A DNA stretch of 63,272 bases, the filler included, from a bacterium (GTDB lineage Bacteria; UBA9089; CG2-30-40-21; SBAY01), in the NCBI GenBank assembly GCA_040757115.1. It is 3 parts of 3 records of this genome, joined end to end, with 100 filler letters (N's around TTAATTAATTAA, not from the genome) between each part and the next. Parts side by side here need not be neighbours in the genome. Positions count along the whole stretch, not along the records: positions 1 to 21,787 come from JBFLYA010000048.1; 2 more parts are not named here. One strand, 5' to 3'. The position numbers were made by a program, and so were the translations under genes. The notes under the pieces are model-generated. The model ran no database searches. It saw nothing but the letters and a program-made list of their open reading frames with translations, and was not told the origin of the DNA. Shown here piece by piece: positions 1 through 10,922 of the stretch. Positions within the stretch are counted from its first letter, which is position 1, and each line of letters starts with the position of its first letter.

Positions 1-181
1 TATTATTAAAAAAATTGAAATTAATAGAAACTAATAGAAATTTATGGAAATTTGTTGTTTTCCACAATCAATTTCTACCTATTTCTATAAATTTCAATCT
101 ATTTCTATTATCTTATCTCCATATCCCTCTTATCTCCTTATCCCCTTTCTTACACTTTTGATATATAGCCTGAACGGTTAC
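1..181. mobile_element. Right part of an IS66-like miniature element with internal short inverted tandem repeats
   Basis: Ends in CCTGAACGGTTAC (169-181), the terminal motif of elements at 37352, 45273 and 54125; internal TAGAAA repeats mirrored by TTTCTA repeats; left end lies outside the window. Confidence 0.6.
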
Positions 182-213
182 CTACATTATTGATATTGAA
201 TGGTAGGAATATA

Positions 214-1521
214 ATGGATGTATTAACATTTAAAGGCGGGATTCATCCCAGAGATGAAAAAGTCTGGACACAAGATAAAGTTATCCGTGAGATGTCATTG
301 CCGGGTAAAGTGGTTATTCCTCTAAGACAACATATTGGTGCCCCTTGTGAACTATGTGTAGCAAAAGGAGATGAGGTTAAAACAGGCCAGGTAATCGGCA
401 AGAGTCCAGGTTATGTCTGTGCTAATGTGCATGCGACTATTTCTGGTAAAGTAATTGAGATAGGTCAGATGCCACATCCTGTTCTTGGTAGTTGTTTGGC
501 TATTACCATTGAATCTGATAATGAAAATAAATGGGTAGAATTAGAATCTCACCGTGATTGGGAAAGATTTCCGAAAGAAAAATTACGCGGCATAATCAAA
601 GAGGCAGGTATTGTTGGTTTAGGGGGTGCTGGATTCCCAACCCATGTAAAATTATCTCCACCAGAAGATAAACCTATTGATACGATTATATTGAATGGTG
701 CTGAATGTGAACCATATCTTACTGCAGACCAACGAATTATGATAGAAAGGGCTAAAGATATAACCGTAGGGTTGAAAATTATTATGAAGGTATTAGAGGC
801 TAAAAAGGCACTTATTGCTATTGAAATAAATAAACCTTCTGTCCTATCATTAATGGCAAAAGCGACTAAAGAGGAAAAAAATATCAAGGTAATTCCACTT
901 CAAACAAAATATCCACAGGGTGGAGAAAAACAACTTATTAAGGCGGTATTATCTCGTGAGGTGCCATCAGGGGGGCTTCCTTTAGATGTGGGTGTCGTTG
1001 TGCAAAATGCCGCCACAACATTAGCCATTATGGAAGCAGTTATTTTAGGCAAACCGCTCATAGATAGAATAGTCACAGTCACGGGGTTAGCTATCAAAGA
1101 ACCACAAAATCTACGAGTAAGGATTGGCACTTTATTCCAAAATGTCATAGATGCCTGTGGTGGTTTTGATAAAGAGCCAGGAAAAATAATTATGGGTGGG
1201 CCAATGATGGGACTATCTCAAAAAAATACTGAAGTGCCAGTGATAAAAACTACCTCTGGAATCTTAGTTTTGCCTAAAAAAGAAACCAGAATATCATCTC
1301 ACCGCGACTGTATTAGATGTGGTCGATGTATTGAAGTCTGCCCAATGCGATTGATGCCTAATATGCTTAGTATCCTGGTTGAACGAGGAAGATTTAATGA
1401 GGCTAAAGATTATCACCTGTTAGATTGTATAGAATGTGGTTGCTGTGGGTATGTATGTCCGTCTAATCGCTCATTAGTGCATTTTATTAAATTAGGTAAG
1501 TTTAAGATAAGTAAGAAGTAA
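214..1521 (+). CDS. rnfC: Rnf electron transport complex subunit C
   Basis: FKGGIHP N-terminus, GIVGLGGAGFPT, NGAECEPYLTAD and two CxxCxxCxxxCP ferredoxin motifs; ATG at 214 preferred over TTG at 190. Confidence 0.95.
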   Translation: MDVLTFKGGIHPRDEKVWTQDKVIREMSLPGKVVIPLRQHIGAPCELCVAKGDEVKTGQVIGKSPGYVCANVHATISGKVIEIGQMPHPVLGSCLAITIESDNENKWVELESHRDWERFPKEKLRGIIKEAGIVGLGGAGFPTHVKLSPPEDKPIDTIILNGAECEPYLTADQRIMIERAKDITVGLKIIMKVLEAKKALIAIEINKPSVLSLMAKATKEEKNIKVIPLQTKYPQGGEKQLIKAVLSREVPSGGLPLDVGVVVQNAATTLAIMEAVILGKPLIDRIVTVTGLAIKEPQNLRVRIGTLFQNVIDACGGFDKEPGKIIMGGPMMGLSQKNTEVPVIKTTSGILVLPKKETRISSHRDCIRCGRCIEVCPMRLMPNMLSILVERGRFNEAKDYHLLDCIECGCCGYVCPSNRSLVHFIKLGKFKISKK

Positions 1522-1544
1522 TTTACAATGAAAAGGTAGAAAAA

Positions 1545-2387
1545 ATGGATAATAAAATTAAAACTCTTAAAAGATATTTTAATGGAAAGGAGGAAGTATT
1601 ACTTGCATTTATCTTTGGCTCAAGGGCTAAAAAAACTCAAAATGTATCCTCTGACTGGGATATTGCGGTCTATTTTAATCCTTATCAAGACGCAGAGATA
1701 GAAACAAAAAATGATTATCCCTTAGAAAATAAGATTTGGGCAGATATAGAAAGAGTTTTATGCTCTGATAATGTTGATTTATTGATTTTAAATAGGGCAA
1801 AACCATCTCTTGTCTTCTCTATATTAAATTCTGGAATTCCACTTGTCATAAAAAATAGAAATCTTTATTTAAAACTTTTAATTAAAACCCATTATGAAGC
1901 GGTTGATTTCTGGAATTTTACAAAGGAGTTTTTTGAAATAGGGCAAAGGGCAAAATCGTTATCTGAAGAAGATAAATCTCTTTTAAGAGAACATATTAGA
2001 TTTTTAGAAAACGAATTTGAGGATTTAGAAGAACTTACAAAATTAACTCAAAATGAATATATTCAAGATAGAAATAAAAGAAGAAATATAGAAAGATGGG
2101 TTGAGAATCTGGTGATGTCAGCAATAGACATTTCAAAGATAATTTTAGCCTCTGAAAAAAGTAATATTCCACAAACTTATAAAGAGGTTTTATTATGGCT
2201 TGGTCTGAAATTTATGGATGAGGAGATAGCCAATAGATTTTCTGAATTCGCTTATTTAAGAAATATTGTTGTGCATGAATACTTGGATATTAAATGGGAA
2301 CGAATAAAAGGCTTTATTAAAGATGCCAGACAGATTTTACCCGTTTTTATTGATGAAGTGAAAAATAGATGGTTATTGGGGGAATAA
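1545..2387 (+). CDS. Fused minimal nucleotidyltransferase (MntA-like) and HEPN/DUF86 RNase (HepT-like)
   Basis: N-terminal FGS-x10-DWD nucleotidyltransferase motif; C-terminal RNIVVHEY (Rx4HxY) HEPN motif. Confidence 0.88.
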   Translation: MDNKIKTLKRYFNGKEEVLLAFIFGSRAKKTQNVSSDWDIAVYFNPYQDAEIETKNDYPLENKIWADIERVLCSDNVDLLILNRAKPSLVFSILNSGIPLVIKNRNLYLKLLIKTHYEAVDFWNFTKEFFEIGQRAKSLSEEDKSLLREHIRFLENEFEDLEELTKLTQNEYIQDRNKRRNIERWVENLVMSAIDISKIILASEKSNIPQTYKEVLLWLGLKFMDEEIANRFSEFAYLRNIVVHEYLDIKWERIKGFIKDARQILPVFIDEVKNRWLLGE

Positions 2388-2392
2388 ATACT

Positions 2393-3340
2393 ATGGATAA
2401 ATTAGTCGTTTCAAATTCGCCTCATATTAAAAATATAGAATCTGTTCCGAGGATAATGTGGGGGGTGAATTTTGCTCTATTCCCGGCAATTGTAGGGGCA
2501 GTATATTTCTTTGGGATTTATGCCTTATGGGTAATTTTATCCTCAGTCATAAGTGCGGTCATCACTGAAGCAATAATACAAAAATTCCTGTTAAAAAAAC
2601 CTGTGACTATTTCAGATGGCAGTGCGGTGACAACGGGAATTTTGCTGGCATTTAGCATTCCGCCTGCTGTGCCACTCTGGTTACCTGCTGTTGGCTCTTT
2701 TGTGGCGATTGCTATTGCCAAGCAATGCTTTGGTGGGTTAGGCTGGAATATATTTAACCCAGCAATGATTGGTCGGGCATTTTTATTAATCTCCTGGCCC
2801 GTAGAAATGACTACCTGGACTTCACCCGTAGATAGTGTTACCGGTGCATCTCCTCTTGGCATTTTAAAAGAAGAAGGATTTGAAAAGGTAGTAGAATTCT
2901 TTGGCGATAGATGGACAATGTATGCAGACCTGTTTACTGGGAACATTCGAGGTTCATTAGGTGAAACATCCTGTTTGCTTTTAATCCTCGGAGCGATTTA
3001 CCTGCTCTATAAAGGTTATATCTCCTGGCAGATTCCCATTAGTTTTCTTGGCACAGTATTTTTACTAAGCTGGATAACTGGCGGTGACCCTTTATTTGCT
3101 ATCTTATCTGGGGGCTGTATTTTAGGGGCGTTTTTTATTGCCACGGATATGGTTACTTCACCAGTAACAAAAACAGGACAATTAATCTTTGGTGCAGGAA
3201 TTGGCGTTTTAATTGTCTTAATTCGCGCTAAATCTGGCTATCCAGAAGGTGTTTGCTATGCAGTTTTATTAATGAATACCCTCACGCCTTTAATCGATAG
3301 ATATATTAAAACTAAACCGTATGGAGTTGTTAAGAAATGA
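2393..3340 (+). CDS. rnfD: Rnf complex subunit D
   Basis: SPHI, KQCFGGLGWNIFNPA, FMN-site-like VTGASPL, GSLGETS, ATDMVTSP; multi-pass hydrophobic. Confidence 0.95.
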   Translation: MDKLVVSNSPHIKNIESVPRIMWGVNFALFPAIVGAVYFFGIYALWVILSSVISAVITEAIIQKFLLKKPVTISDGSAVTTGILLAFSIPPAVPLWLPAVGSFVAIAIAKQCFGGLGWNIFNPAMIGRAFLLISWPVEMTTWTSPVDSVTGASPLGILKEEGFEKVVEFFGDRWTMYADLFTGNIRGSLGETSCLLLILGAIYLLYKGYISWQIPISFLGTVFLLSWITGGDPLFAILSGGCILGAFFIATDMVTSPVTKTGQLIFGAGIGVLIVLIRAKSGYPEGVCYAVLLMNTLTPLIDRYIKTKPYGVVKK

Positions 3341-3897
3341 TTAAGAATATCTTTAAAATTGGCATTAATTTGATGATTATCAGTTTAATTGGTGCAGTTA
3401 TTTTAGCCATTACGGATGCGGTAACTAAACCTAAAATTAAAGAGGTAGAAGAAATGGCTAAATTAAAAGCCCGTCAAACTGTTTTACCACAGGCACTTGA
3501 ATTCAAAGAATTTAAAACGAAAAAAGGGTTCTTTAGAGGATTTGATTGCGAAGACAAATTAGTTGGATATGTTATTTCCTGTCTGGCTGAAGGCTATAGT
3601 GGTGGATTCTGGATTATGGCAGGTGTAAATAAGGAATTCAAAATTGTGGAAATAAATATATTAACTCACAAAGAAACTCCAGGACTGGGTAATAAAATCG
3701 AAGAGGCAGAATTCCGTAATCAATACAAATCTAAAGGCATAGAAAACTTAGAGGTAGTTAAAGTGCCAACTAAAGATAAGATTCAAGCAATTACTGGAGC
3801 GACTATTTCCTCTAAAGCCGTAACCGAAGCAGTGAAAAAGGGATTAGAGGAATTAGAAAAAAATGTAACTATTCAGCGACTGATTAACACGGATTAG
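3337..3897 (+). CDS. rnfG: Rnf complex subunit G
   Basis: N-terminal TM, GYSG, HKETPGLG, ITGATISS flavinylation motif; last ~10 codons come from the inserted element. Confidence 0.93.
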   Translation: MIKNIFKIGINLMIISLIGAVILAITDAVTKPKIKEVEEMAKLKARQTVLPQALEFKEFKTKKGFFRGFDCEDKLVGYVISCLAEGYSGGFWIMAGVNKEFKIVEINILTHKETPGLGNKIEEAEFRNQYKSKGIENLEVVKVPTKDKIQAITGATISSKAVTEAVKKGLEELEKNVTIQRLINTD

Positions 3898-4105
3898 CAC
3901 GGATAAATACAAAGGTCAGAAGACAGATAAGAAAGGGGAAAACGGGGAAACGGAGAAAGGGAGAAACGGAGAAGGAGAGGAGACACGAGGCACTATACCT
4001 GAATTTTCAGCCATCAGCCTTCAGCCTGATTACGGACACGGAAAATGGATACGATTTACGAATTTTCCGTGTTTCATCCGTGTTCAGCCGCGGCTGAACA
4101 GTTAC
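3865..4105. mobile_element. IS66-like miniature element
   Basis: GTAACTATTCAGC...GCTGAACAGTTAC termini; internal sequence nearly identical to 13357-13584 and partly to 55796-56284. Confidence 0.75.
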
Positions 4106-4229
4106 CAATATACGAGCGGCTAAGTTTTCGTGATAGTGGAAGATATAAAGGGATGAGTCCACATCAGGCTATGAATCCTGATATATAGCAGTTATTAGTC
4201 AAAACTTTACTCAGAGTGGATAAGTAAAA

Positions 4230-4427
4230 AAAATCCCAAATCCCAAGCACCAAATCTCAAATAAACACCAAATTCCACATACCAAAAAGCGAATTAGAGA
4301 TTAGTGAATTAGAGATTAGATTTTACTAATTCGCTAATTCGTTTAATTCACTAATTCACTAAATAGAATTTGTGATTTGGAATTTCATAGCCATATCTAT
4401 GTCAAATTTCGATTAATAAGTGCTATA
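4230..4427. repeat. Dispersed palindromic short-tandem repeat; inverted copy at 21662-21787
   Basis: GAATTAG/CTAATTC mirror repeats followed by ...CATAGCCATATCTATGTCAAATTTCGATTAATAAGTGCTATA, whose reverse complement starts at 21662. Confidence 0.75.
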
Positions 4428-4642
4428 CGGATAGGATGGGTTGATTGGCTAATGATAGATTGGGTAGAGGATTATAATAGTTTGTCACCGTCTCTAAATA
4501 GGCTAAAAATGTCAAACGACAGAAAAGGGGTAGAAAAATGGGGTAAAATGGCAAAATCCCCTTGAAAAATCTATAAACTAACCATAAGTCCCAAATTGTG
4601 AACGCTCCCCATAATTCTATCTGCACAGGTCGCAAATTTTTG

Positions 4643-4671
4643 TTGACATTTATCTTCCTATCATGTATAAT
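4643..4671 (+). promoter_or_regulatory. Sigma70-type promoter of the sugar biosynthesis operon
   Basis: TTGACA-17 bp-TATAAT, perfect consensus, ~160 bp upstream of 4831. Confidence 0.75.
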
Positions 4672-4830
4672 ACTAATAATGGCAAAGATGGAAATCTTTA
4701 TTTCCATCGATTGTAGTAGTTGACAGGAACACAGAAACATAATAAAACATAGAAAATAGACCGAAGTGAATCTTTTAACAAACTAAGTGAGAGAGAGGTT
4801 AGATATTCATCATAAAGGAATAATCACCAA

Positions 4831-5820
4831 ATGAGGAATATATTAATTACCGGAGGAGCAGGTTATGTAGGAGCTGTTTTGGTCCCTAAACTGCTTGAGA
4901 AAGGGTATGGAGTAAAGGTTATTGACCTGTATATCTATGGGGAAGATGTCTTAGATAGCGTCAAAGACCATCCAAACCTTGTTCAGATAAAAGGGGATAT
5001 TAGAGAGAGAGGGCTTCTTGAAAGAGAGATTGTAGGCTACAGCGACATAATCCACCTTGCCTGTATATCTAATGATCCAAGCTATGAGCTGAATCCCGAG
5101 CTTGGCAAATCAATAAATTATGATGCCTTTGTCCAATTGGTAGATGTAGCAAAGGGAAATAGGGTAAAGCGGTTTATCTATGCTTCAAGCTCCAGTGTAT
5201 ATGGGATCAAGGAGGAACAAGAAGTAACAGAGGACCTTCCCCTGGAACCTTTGACGGATTATTCCAAATACAAAGCTAAATGCGAGGAGGTTTTATTAAA
5301 GGCTGCTGCTGCTGATTTTGTAGTAACGGTTATCAGACCTTCGACCGTATGTGGTTACTCACCTCGAATGAGGCTCGACCTTACAGTTAATATCTTAACC
5401 AACTACGCTATTAACAAAGGAGAGATTACTGTTTTTGGGGGAGAGCAGATGCGTCCCAACATCCACATTGAAGATATGGTAGACCTTTATGTCTATCTAT
5501 TGGAACTGCCTGCTGAAAAAATAGACAAAAAAATCTACAATGCCGGATATGAAAACTACAAGGTTAAAGATATTGCAGAAATGGTCAGGGAGGTGATTGG
5601 GAAACAGGTGATAATTAAGACTATCCCAAGTGATGATATGAGGTCATATCATGTCTCTTCAAAAAGAATCAAGGAAGAAATATGCTTTGTTCCTAAACAT
5701 ACAGTTAAAGAAGCAATCCTTGATTTAAAGAGGGCTTTTGAAGAGGGTAAGATTCCGAATTCTATGACAGATATACGGTATTACAATATTAAAGCCATGC
5801 AGGCATTGAATCTTAAATGA
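4831..5820 (+). CDS. NAD-dependent epimerase/dehydratase (extended SDR)
   Basis: TGGAGYVG, ASSSSVYG, YSKYK (YxxxK). Confidence 0.92.
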   Translation: MRNILITGGAGYVGAVLVPKLLEKGYGVKVIDLYIYGEDVLDSVKDHPNLVQIKGDIRERGLLEREIVGYSDIIHLACISNDPSYELNPELGKSINYDAFVQLVDVAKGNRVKRFIYASSSSVYGIKEEQEVTEDLPLEPLTDYSKYKAKCEEVLLKAAAADFVVTVIRPSTVCGYSPRMRLDLTVNILTNYAINKGEITVFGGEQMRPNIHIEDMVDLYVYLLELPAEKIDKKIYNAGYENYKVKDIAEMVREVIGKQVIIKTIPSDDMRSYHVSSKRIKEEICFVPKHTVKEAILDLKRAFEEGKIPNSMTDIRYYNIKAMQALNLK

Positions 5821-6941
5821 AGACAGATGTAAAAGTGCCCTATGTAAATATTGTTGCTCAACATAAGCCAATTAAAGACGAGCTCTTAAGCGCTATAGAT
5901 AAAGTAATTAATCATGGCCAGTTTATCTTTGGCGATGAAGTTGTTGAGTTTGAACAGCGGTTTGCTGAGTTGTGTGATGTGCAGTACGCCATAGGTGTTA
6001 ATTCTGGCACCGATGCACTTATTTTAGCCCTCAGGGCTTTGGGGATAGGACAAGGCGATGAAGTAATCACTCCTCCAAACTCTTTTGTTAGCACTTCCAG
6101 TTGTATCGCACTTCTTGGCGCACGACCTATTTTTGTAGATGTAGGAGATGATTACAACATAGACCCCGCTTTAATCAAGGAAGCTATCACACCCTGTACG
6201 CGGGCTATAATCCCGGTACATCTCACTGGTCGGCCGGCAGATATGGATGCAATTAGGAAAGTGGCGGCAAAACATAACCTGTATGTGATTGAAGACTGTG
6301 CCCAGGCAATAACAGCAGAGTATAAAGGCCGACGGGTTGGTTCAATGGGTAGCGTGGGGTGTTTTAGTCTTCACCCATTAAAAACTTTGAATGCTTGTGG
6401 CGACGGTGGTATGTTAACCACCAACGACAAAAAGCTATATGAAAAACTCAAAATTATGCGCAATCTTGGCCTGAAAAATCGCAATGAGTGTGTAATATGG
6501 AGTGGGAACTCTCGATTAGATACCTTGCAAGCAGCTATTCTACTGGTTAAGCTGAAGTATCTGGATGAATGGACAGAAAAGCGGCGGGCCAATGCCGCTT
6601 TTTACCAACAAAGACTGAATAGTATTCCCCAGATGCGAATACCAATAGATAAAATATATGAGAAGGCAGTTTATCACACCTTTGTTATTCAATGTGAGCG
6701 TCGTAATGAGCTGCAGGAATATTTAGCCGTGCAAGGAATAGAAACGGCCATTCATTATCCGATTCCTATCCATCTCCAAAAAGCAGCTTCAGAACTTGGT
6801 TATCAGGAAGGCAGTTTTCCGGTAGCCGAAGAGCAAGCAAAGAGAATTCTTAGTTTGCCGATTTATCCAGAACTCACGAGCAATGAGCTGGAATATATTG
6901 TAAAATGTTTATCTAATTTTTATCAAAGGAAGGGGAAATAA
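5817..6941 (+). CDS. DegT/DnrJ/EryC1/StrS sugar aminotransferase
   Basis: [20 protein letters not shown] (PLP lysine), GDGG, NSRLD. Confidence 0.93.
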   Translation: MKTDVKVPYVNIVAQHKPIKDELLSAIDKVINHGQFIFGDEVVEFEQRFAELCDVQYAIGVNSGTDALILALRALGIGQGDEVITPPNSFVSTSSCIALLGARPIFVDVGDDYNIDPALIKEAITPCTRAIIPVHLTGRPADMDAIRKVAAKHNLYVIEDCAQAITAEYKGRRVGSMGSVGCFSLHPLKTLNACGDGGMLTTNDKKLYEKLKIMRNLGLKNRNECVIWSGNSRLDTLQAAILLVKLKYLDEWTEKRRANAAFYQQRLNSIPQMRIPIDKIYEKAVYHTFVIQCERRNELQEYLAVQGIETAIHYPIPIHLQKAASELGYQEGSFPVAEEQAKRILSLPIYPELTSNELEYIVKCLSNFYQRKGK

Positions 6942-8047
6942 TGCAAGTACCGTTTTCTTACCTTGACCGTCAATTTGCCGATATTGATCTATATCTTAAT
7001 GATGTTAGGGAGCTGGTAAAAAGTGGTGATTTTACATTGGGCAGACAGCTTCTTGAATTTGAGAAGCGTTTTGGGGAAATAACAGGTATCCCTCATGCCA
7101 TAGGGGTAGCCAGTGGTACGGATGCACTCATTCTTTCTTTAAAAGTTCTTGGTGTTGGGCCGGGGGACGAGGTTATTACTACTCCAATGACTTTTATCGC
7201 CACAGTAGGTGCAATCGTAATGGCAGGAGCCAAGCCTGTATTTGTGGATAGTGAAGATGGGTTTGTCATTGACCCGGCAAAGATTGAGGCAGCAATTACA
7301 CTCCAAACTAAAGCAATTCTTCCGGTACACTATACTGGAAATGTACCAGATATGCCTGCGATTGCCGAAATTGCCAGGCGACATAATCTAATAGTAGTAG
7401 AGGATGCTTGTCAGGCTATTTTAGCAGAGTTGGATGAAAAACCGGTGGGTTCATGGGGTCAGACAGCCGCTTTTAGCTTACATCCCCTTAAGAACCTGAA
7501 TGTCTGGGGCGATGGTGGAATGATCGTTACCCGCTCGGCAGACCTGGCGGAAAAACTGCGATTGCTTCGTAATCACGGACTTACCAATAGAGATGAAGTC
7601 GCTATTTTTGGAGGCAATTCCCGCCTGGATACATTACAGGCAGTCATCGGTAACAGACTGATTAAGGAGGTAGAATTTATTACCGAACAACGTATTACTA
7701 ATGCCAAACGGTATGATGAGTCCTTTTCGCAAATGAGTGAGTTCATCCATATTCCCAAACGACGGCCTGGGGTGAAACATGTTTTCCACCTTTATATGAT
7801 ATGCGCCAAATACCGCGACGAACTGCTGACCTATCTGTGCGAAAATGGGGTTGAAGCTAAGATTCATTATCCCATTCCCGTACATTTACAGAAAGCAGCT
7901 CGATATTTAGGGTACAAAGAGGGTGATTTCCCAGTGTGTGAAGAAGATTGCCGGAATATTATTACCTTACCTGCCCATCAACACTTAACAGAATTGGAAA
8001 TAGATTATACCATCGATATGGTTCATAGGTTTTATAAAAGGAAGTAA
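6941..8047 (+). CDS. DegT/DnrJ/EryC1/StrS sugar aminotransferase (second paralog)
   Basis: [28 protein letters not shown]. Confidence 0.93.
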   Translation: MQVPFSYLDRQFADIDLYLNDVRELVKSGDFTLGRQLLEFEKRFGEITGIPHAIGVASGTDALILSLKVLGVGPGDEVITTPMTFIATVGAIVMAGAKPVFVDSEDGFVIDPAKIEAAITLQTKAILPVHYTGNVPDMPAIAEIARRHNLIVVEDACQAILAELDEKPVGSWGQTAAFSLHPLKNLNVWGDGGMIVTRSADLAEKLRLLRNHGLTNRDEVAIFGGNSRLDTLQAVIGNRLIKEVEFITEQRITNAKRYDESFSQMSEFIHIPKRRPGVKHVFHLYMICAKYRDELLTYLCENGVEAKIHYPIPVHLQKAARYLGYKEGDFPVCEEDCRNIITLPAHQHLTELEIDYTIDMVHRFYKRK

Positions 8048-8049
8048 TC

Positions 8050-8865
8050 ATGCTGGAAAATAAAGGGATTTTTTTAAGAGAGAAGGCTGACTATATTAGA
8101 AAGGACATTGTAAGGATTTGCGTGCCGAACGGTGCAGGGCATATTGCACCGTCACTGTCATGTGTGGATATATTGGTGGCTTTATATTACGGGGCACTCT
8201 CTTATGACGATAATAACCCGTTCTGGGATGAGCGAGATAGATTGGTTTTTTCAAAAGCTCATGGGTGTTATGCCCTTTATTCTATTTTGGCGGATAAAGG
8301 TATAATTCCTGGGGAAGAATGGGAAAACTTTTATAAAGAAGGAAGAAGTAGTTTGTCCGGATGTGTTGAGAGAGAAATAAAATATGGGCTTGAAGCAGGC
8401 TGTGGTTCCCTTGGTCATGGATTGCCTATAGCTACAGGCATAGCCTTTGGCGCAAAATTACAGACCAAAATTTATCATACATTTTGTCTAGTTGGGGACG
8501 GTGAATTGCAAGAAGGAACTACCTGGGAAGCATTACAGTTTGCCGTAAAGCATGAATTAGGTAATTTAATAATCGTGGTTGATCGTAATCACCTTCAGGC
8601 CATGGACTTTATTGTTAACATACTTGACAGAACTGATGAAGATATTATTAAAAGATTAAAAGGGTTTGGAGTGGATATTGAGATTTGTCTAGGGCACGAT
8701 GTGGTCAGGCTTTTTCATCTTTTTCAAGAATTAAAATCAAAAGTTAGTAATGTTCCAAAGGTGGTTATTGCTGAGACAATTAAAGGGTTTGGTTTGAAAT
8801 GGATGGAGAATGTACCCAGATTTCATTTCTGTGTTCCTACTGAGGAAGAACTGAAGGAAGGATAG
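8050..8865 (+). CDS. Transketolase N-terminal (ThDP-binding) subunit
   Basis: GHIAPSLS, DRLVFSKAH, GSLGHGL, GDGELQEG...DRN, TIKG. Confidence 0.92.
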   Translation: MLENKGIFLREKADYIRKDIVRICVPNGAGHIAPSLSCVDILVALYYGALSYDDNNPFWDERDRLVFSKAHGCYALYSILADKGIIPGEEWENFYKEGRSSLSGCVEREIKYGLEAGCGSLGHGLPIATGIAFGAKLQTKIYHTFCLVGDGELQEGTTWEALQFAVKHELGNLIIVVDRNHLQAMDFIVNILDRTDEDIIKRLKGFGVDIEICLGHDVVRLFHLFQELKSKVSNVPKVVIAETIKGFGLKWMENVPRFHFCVPTEEELKEG

Positions 8866-9350
8866 TGATGGTCAATTACCGCAAAGATATTATAAATGCT
8901 GCTATCCCCTATTTCCATGAGGATGAACGATATTATCTTCTGGTGGAAGATATGGGGTTTGGGGCAATTGATTTACTCAAGAAAGAATTTCCTTCAAGGG
9001 TAATAAATTGTGGTATAATGGAACAGAGTACGGTTGGTATTGCTGCGGGGATGAGTATGTCCGGTTTAATACCTATTGTATATTCAATAGTAAACTTTTT
9101 AGTTTTTAGAGCACTTGAGCAAATCAGGAACGATGTTATCCTGCAAAATCTTAATGTAAAATTTGTCGGTACTGGATGCAATAATTATTTTAAATTTCTC
9201 GGGCCTTCACATTGTTGTGGAAGTGATGATATTACCTTAATGGACTTAATTGGCCTGAAGGTATATGATCCTTATGCTGAAACAAAATCTTTTTCTGAGG
9301 TTGTTGAGGAATGGATATGTAGTACCAGCCCGGGATATATACGGGTTTGA
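8865..9350 (+). CDS. Transketolase pyrimidine-binding subunit (short, no C-terminal domain)
   Basis: NCGIMEQ, RALEQIRND, GPSH motifs; 161 aa. Confidence 0.85.
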   Translation: MMVNYRKDIINAAIPYFHEDERYYLLVEDMGFGAIDLLKKEFPSRVINCGIMEQSTVGIAAGMSMSGLIPIVYSIVNFLVFRALEQIRNDVILQNLNVKFVGTGCNNYFKFLGPSHCCGSDDITLMDLIGLKVYDPYAETKSFSEVVEEWICSTSPGYIRV

Positions 9351-9373
9351 AAAAAATAAAGGGGATGCGAAGA

Positions 9374-10906
9374 ATGAAAGATAAGAAGATCCCTTCAAAG
9401 ATCTTAGATCTTAAGACGATAGCCGGACTCTGTGCTAAGGCTAAAAAAGAAGGCAAAAAGGTCGTTTACTGCCATGGGTGTTTTGATCTGATGCACATTG
9501 GGCACATTAAATATCTCCAGGCAGCCAGGAAGAGAGGTGATGTTTTAGTGGTGACCATCACCCCAGATCGTTATGTAACCAGGGGTCCTGGCCGCCCGGT
9601 TTTTACCGAAATTCACCGTTTGGAGTCGATTGCTGCTCTTGACTGTGTTGATTATGTGGCTCTTAATCAATGGCCTACCGCAGTGGAGTCAATTCATCTC
9701 CTCAAACCGAATTTTTATATCAAAGGTAGCGATTTTGGTTCGGTAGAAGGTGACCCAACCGGTCGCCTGGTTAAGGAAGAAGAAGCCGTTAAATCTATTA
9801 ATGGGGAATTAGTTTTCACCAATGAAGAGGTATTCTCTTCAAGCAAGCTTCTCAAAGATTATTTTGGTGTCCTGCCTAAGGAGTTGGAGAAATTTTTGGT
9901 GGGTTTTACTCAGAGGTTTAACACTAATGATATCATTGGGGTCTTTGATAGCATAAAGGATTTGCGTGTTCTGGTGATAGGAGAACCTATCATAGATGAA
10001 TACAATTTCTGTAGTCTCCTCCAACGGGCATCCAAAGCCCCAACGGTGGCCACAAGATGGGCTTCTTCGGAAACATACGCGGGCGGGTCACTGGCTGTGG
10101 CTAATCATCTGGCAGGACTTGTCAAGGAGGTGGGGCTTATCGGACTACTTGGCAGGAAAGACTCACGGGAGGAATTCATTCGGGCGAATCTGCAACCAAA
10201 TATTCAGTTTTTTCCATGCTTTCGTGATGATAGCTCAACAATAATAAAAACCCGCTTCCTTGAAGAGGCATTTAAACAGAAAATGTTTGAGGTATGCTAT
10301 TTTAATGATTATCCTATCAATGGTAAAACAGAAGAGGAGACCATCAGTCTACTAAAAAAACTACTTACTAACTACGATCTTGTAATCTCGGCAGACTTTG
10401 GCCATGGTTTTATAACCAGAGAAATCATTAATCTGCTGTGTAAAGAAGCTCCCTATCTGGTAGTCATGGCCCAGTCGAACAGTGCCAATCTTGGATTTAA
10501 CCCGGTGACCAAATATCATCGGGCAGACTATATTGTGGTAGATCATGTGGAGATAAGATTGGCCTGTCATGAGCAGCATTCTGATCTTGAGCCGCTGGTA
10601 AGGAATATATCCAAACGACTTAAATGTCCCCGGATTAATGTAACCCTTGGTCATGAGGGAACTCTTTATTACCATAGTAATACTTTTTATCGGGTACCGG
10701 TTGCCTCCTGGAAAGTGGTTGATACCATTGGTGCTGGGGATGCGGTTCTGGCAGTGACATCCCCTTTAACTTACTTAAATCTGGATGCGCAGGTAGTAGC
10801 ATTTATTGGTAATTGTGCCGGCGCATTGGCTGTTCAGTACCTTGGGAATAAGGAGAGGATTAACCCGGCTCATCTGAGAAAGTTGATTGAGACATTGATG
10901 AAATAG
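9374..10906 (+). CDS. Bifunctional nucleotidyltransferase / PfkB sugar kinase (HldE-like, reversed domain order)
   Basis: N-terminal HGCFDLMHIGH and YIKGSDF; C-terminal DTIGAGDA PfkB signature; start could be 9347 or 9365. Confidence 0.88.
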   Translation: MKDKKIPSKILDLKTIAGLCAKAKKEGKKVVYCHGCFDLMHIGHIKYLQAARKRGDVLVVTITPDRYVTRGPGRPVFTEIHRLESIAALDCVDYVALNQWPTAVESIHLLKPNFYIKGSDFGSVEGDPTGRLVKEEEAVKSINGELVFTNEEVFSSSKLLKDYFGVLPKELEKFLVGFTQRFNTNDIIGVFDSIKDLRVLVIGEPIIDEYNFCSLLQRASKAPTVATRWASSETYAGGSLAVANHLAGLVKEVGLIGLLGRKDSREEFIRANLQPNIQFFPCFRDDSSTIIKTRFLEEAFKQKMFEVCYFNDYPINGKTEEETISLLKKLLTNYDLVISADFGHGFITREIINLLCKEAPYLVVMAQSNSANLGFNPVTKYHRADYIVVDHVEIRLACHEQHSDLEPLVRNISKRLKCPRINVTLGHEGTLYYHSNTFYRVPVASWKVVDTIGAGDAVLAVTSPLTYLNLDAQVVAFIGNCAGALAVQYLGNKERINPAHLRKLIETLMK

Positions 10907-10922
10907 AAGGAAGCAGGAAGCT

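Noticed and set aside
4106-4200. Possible transposase 3' fragment (FRDSGRYKGMSPHQAMNPDI)
   Set aside because: Too short to assign without a search
4377-4740. ORFs 4377-4565, 4423-4740, 21524-21733, 30952-31179, 50871-51104, 55836-56571 and the antisense ORFs inside genes
   Set aside because: Repeat-derived or shadow frames with no SD or protein-like motifs
4751-4805. GAAGTGAATCTTTTA shared with 24105, followed by GTTAGAT, as a possible attC remnant before the sugar operon
   Set aside because: Only a ~15-bp match and no hairpin
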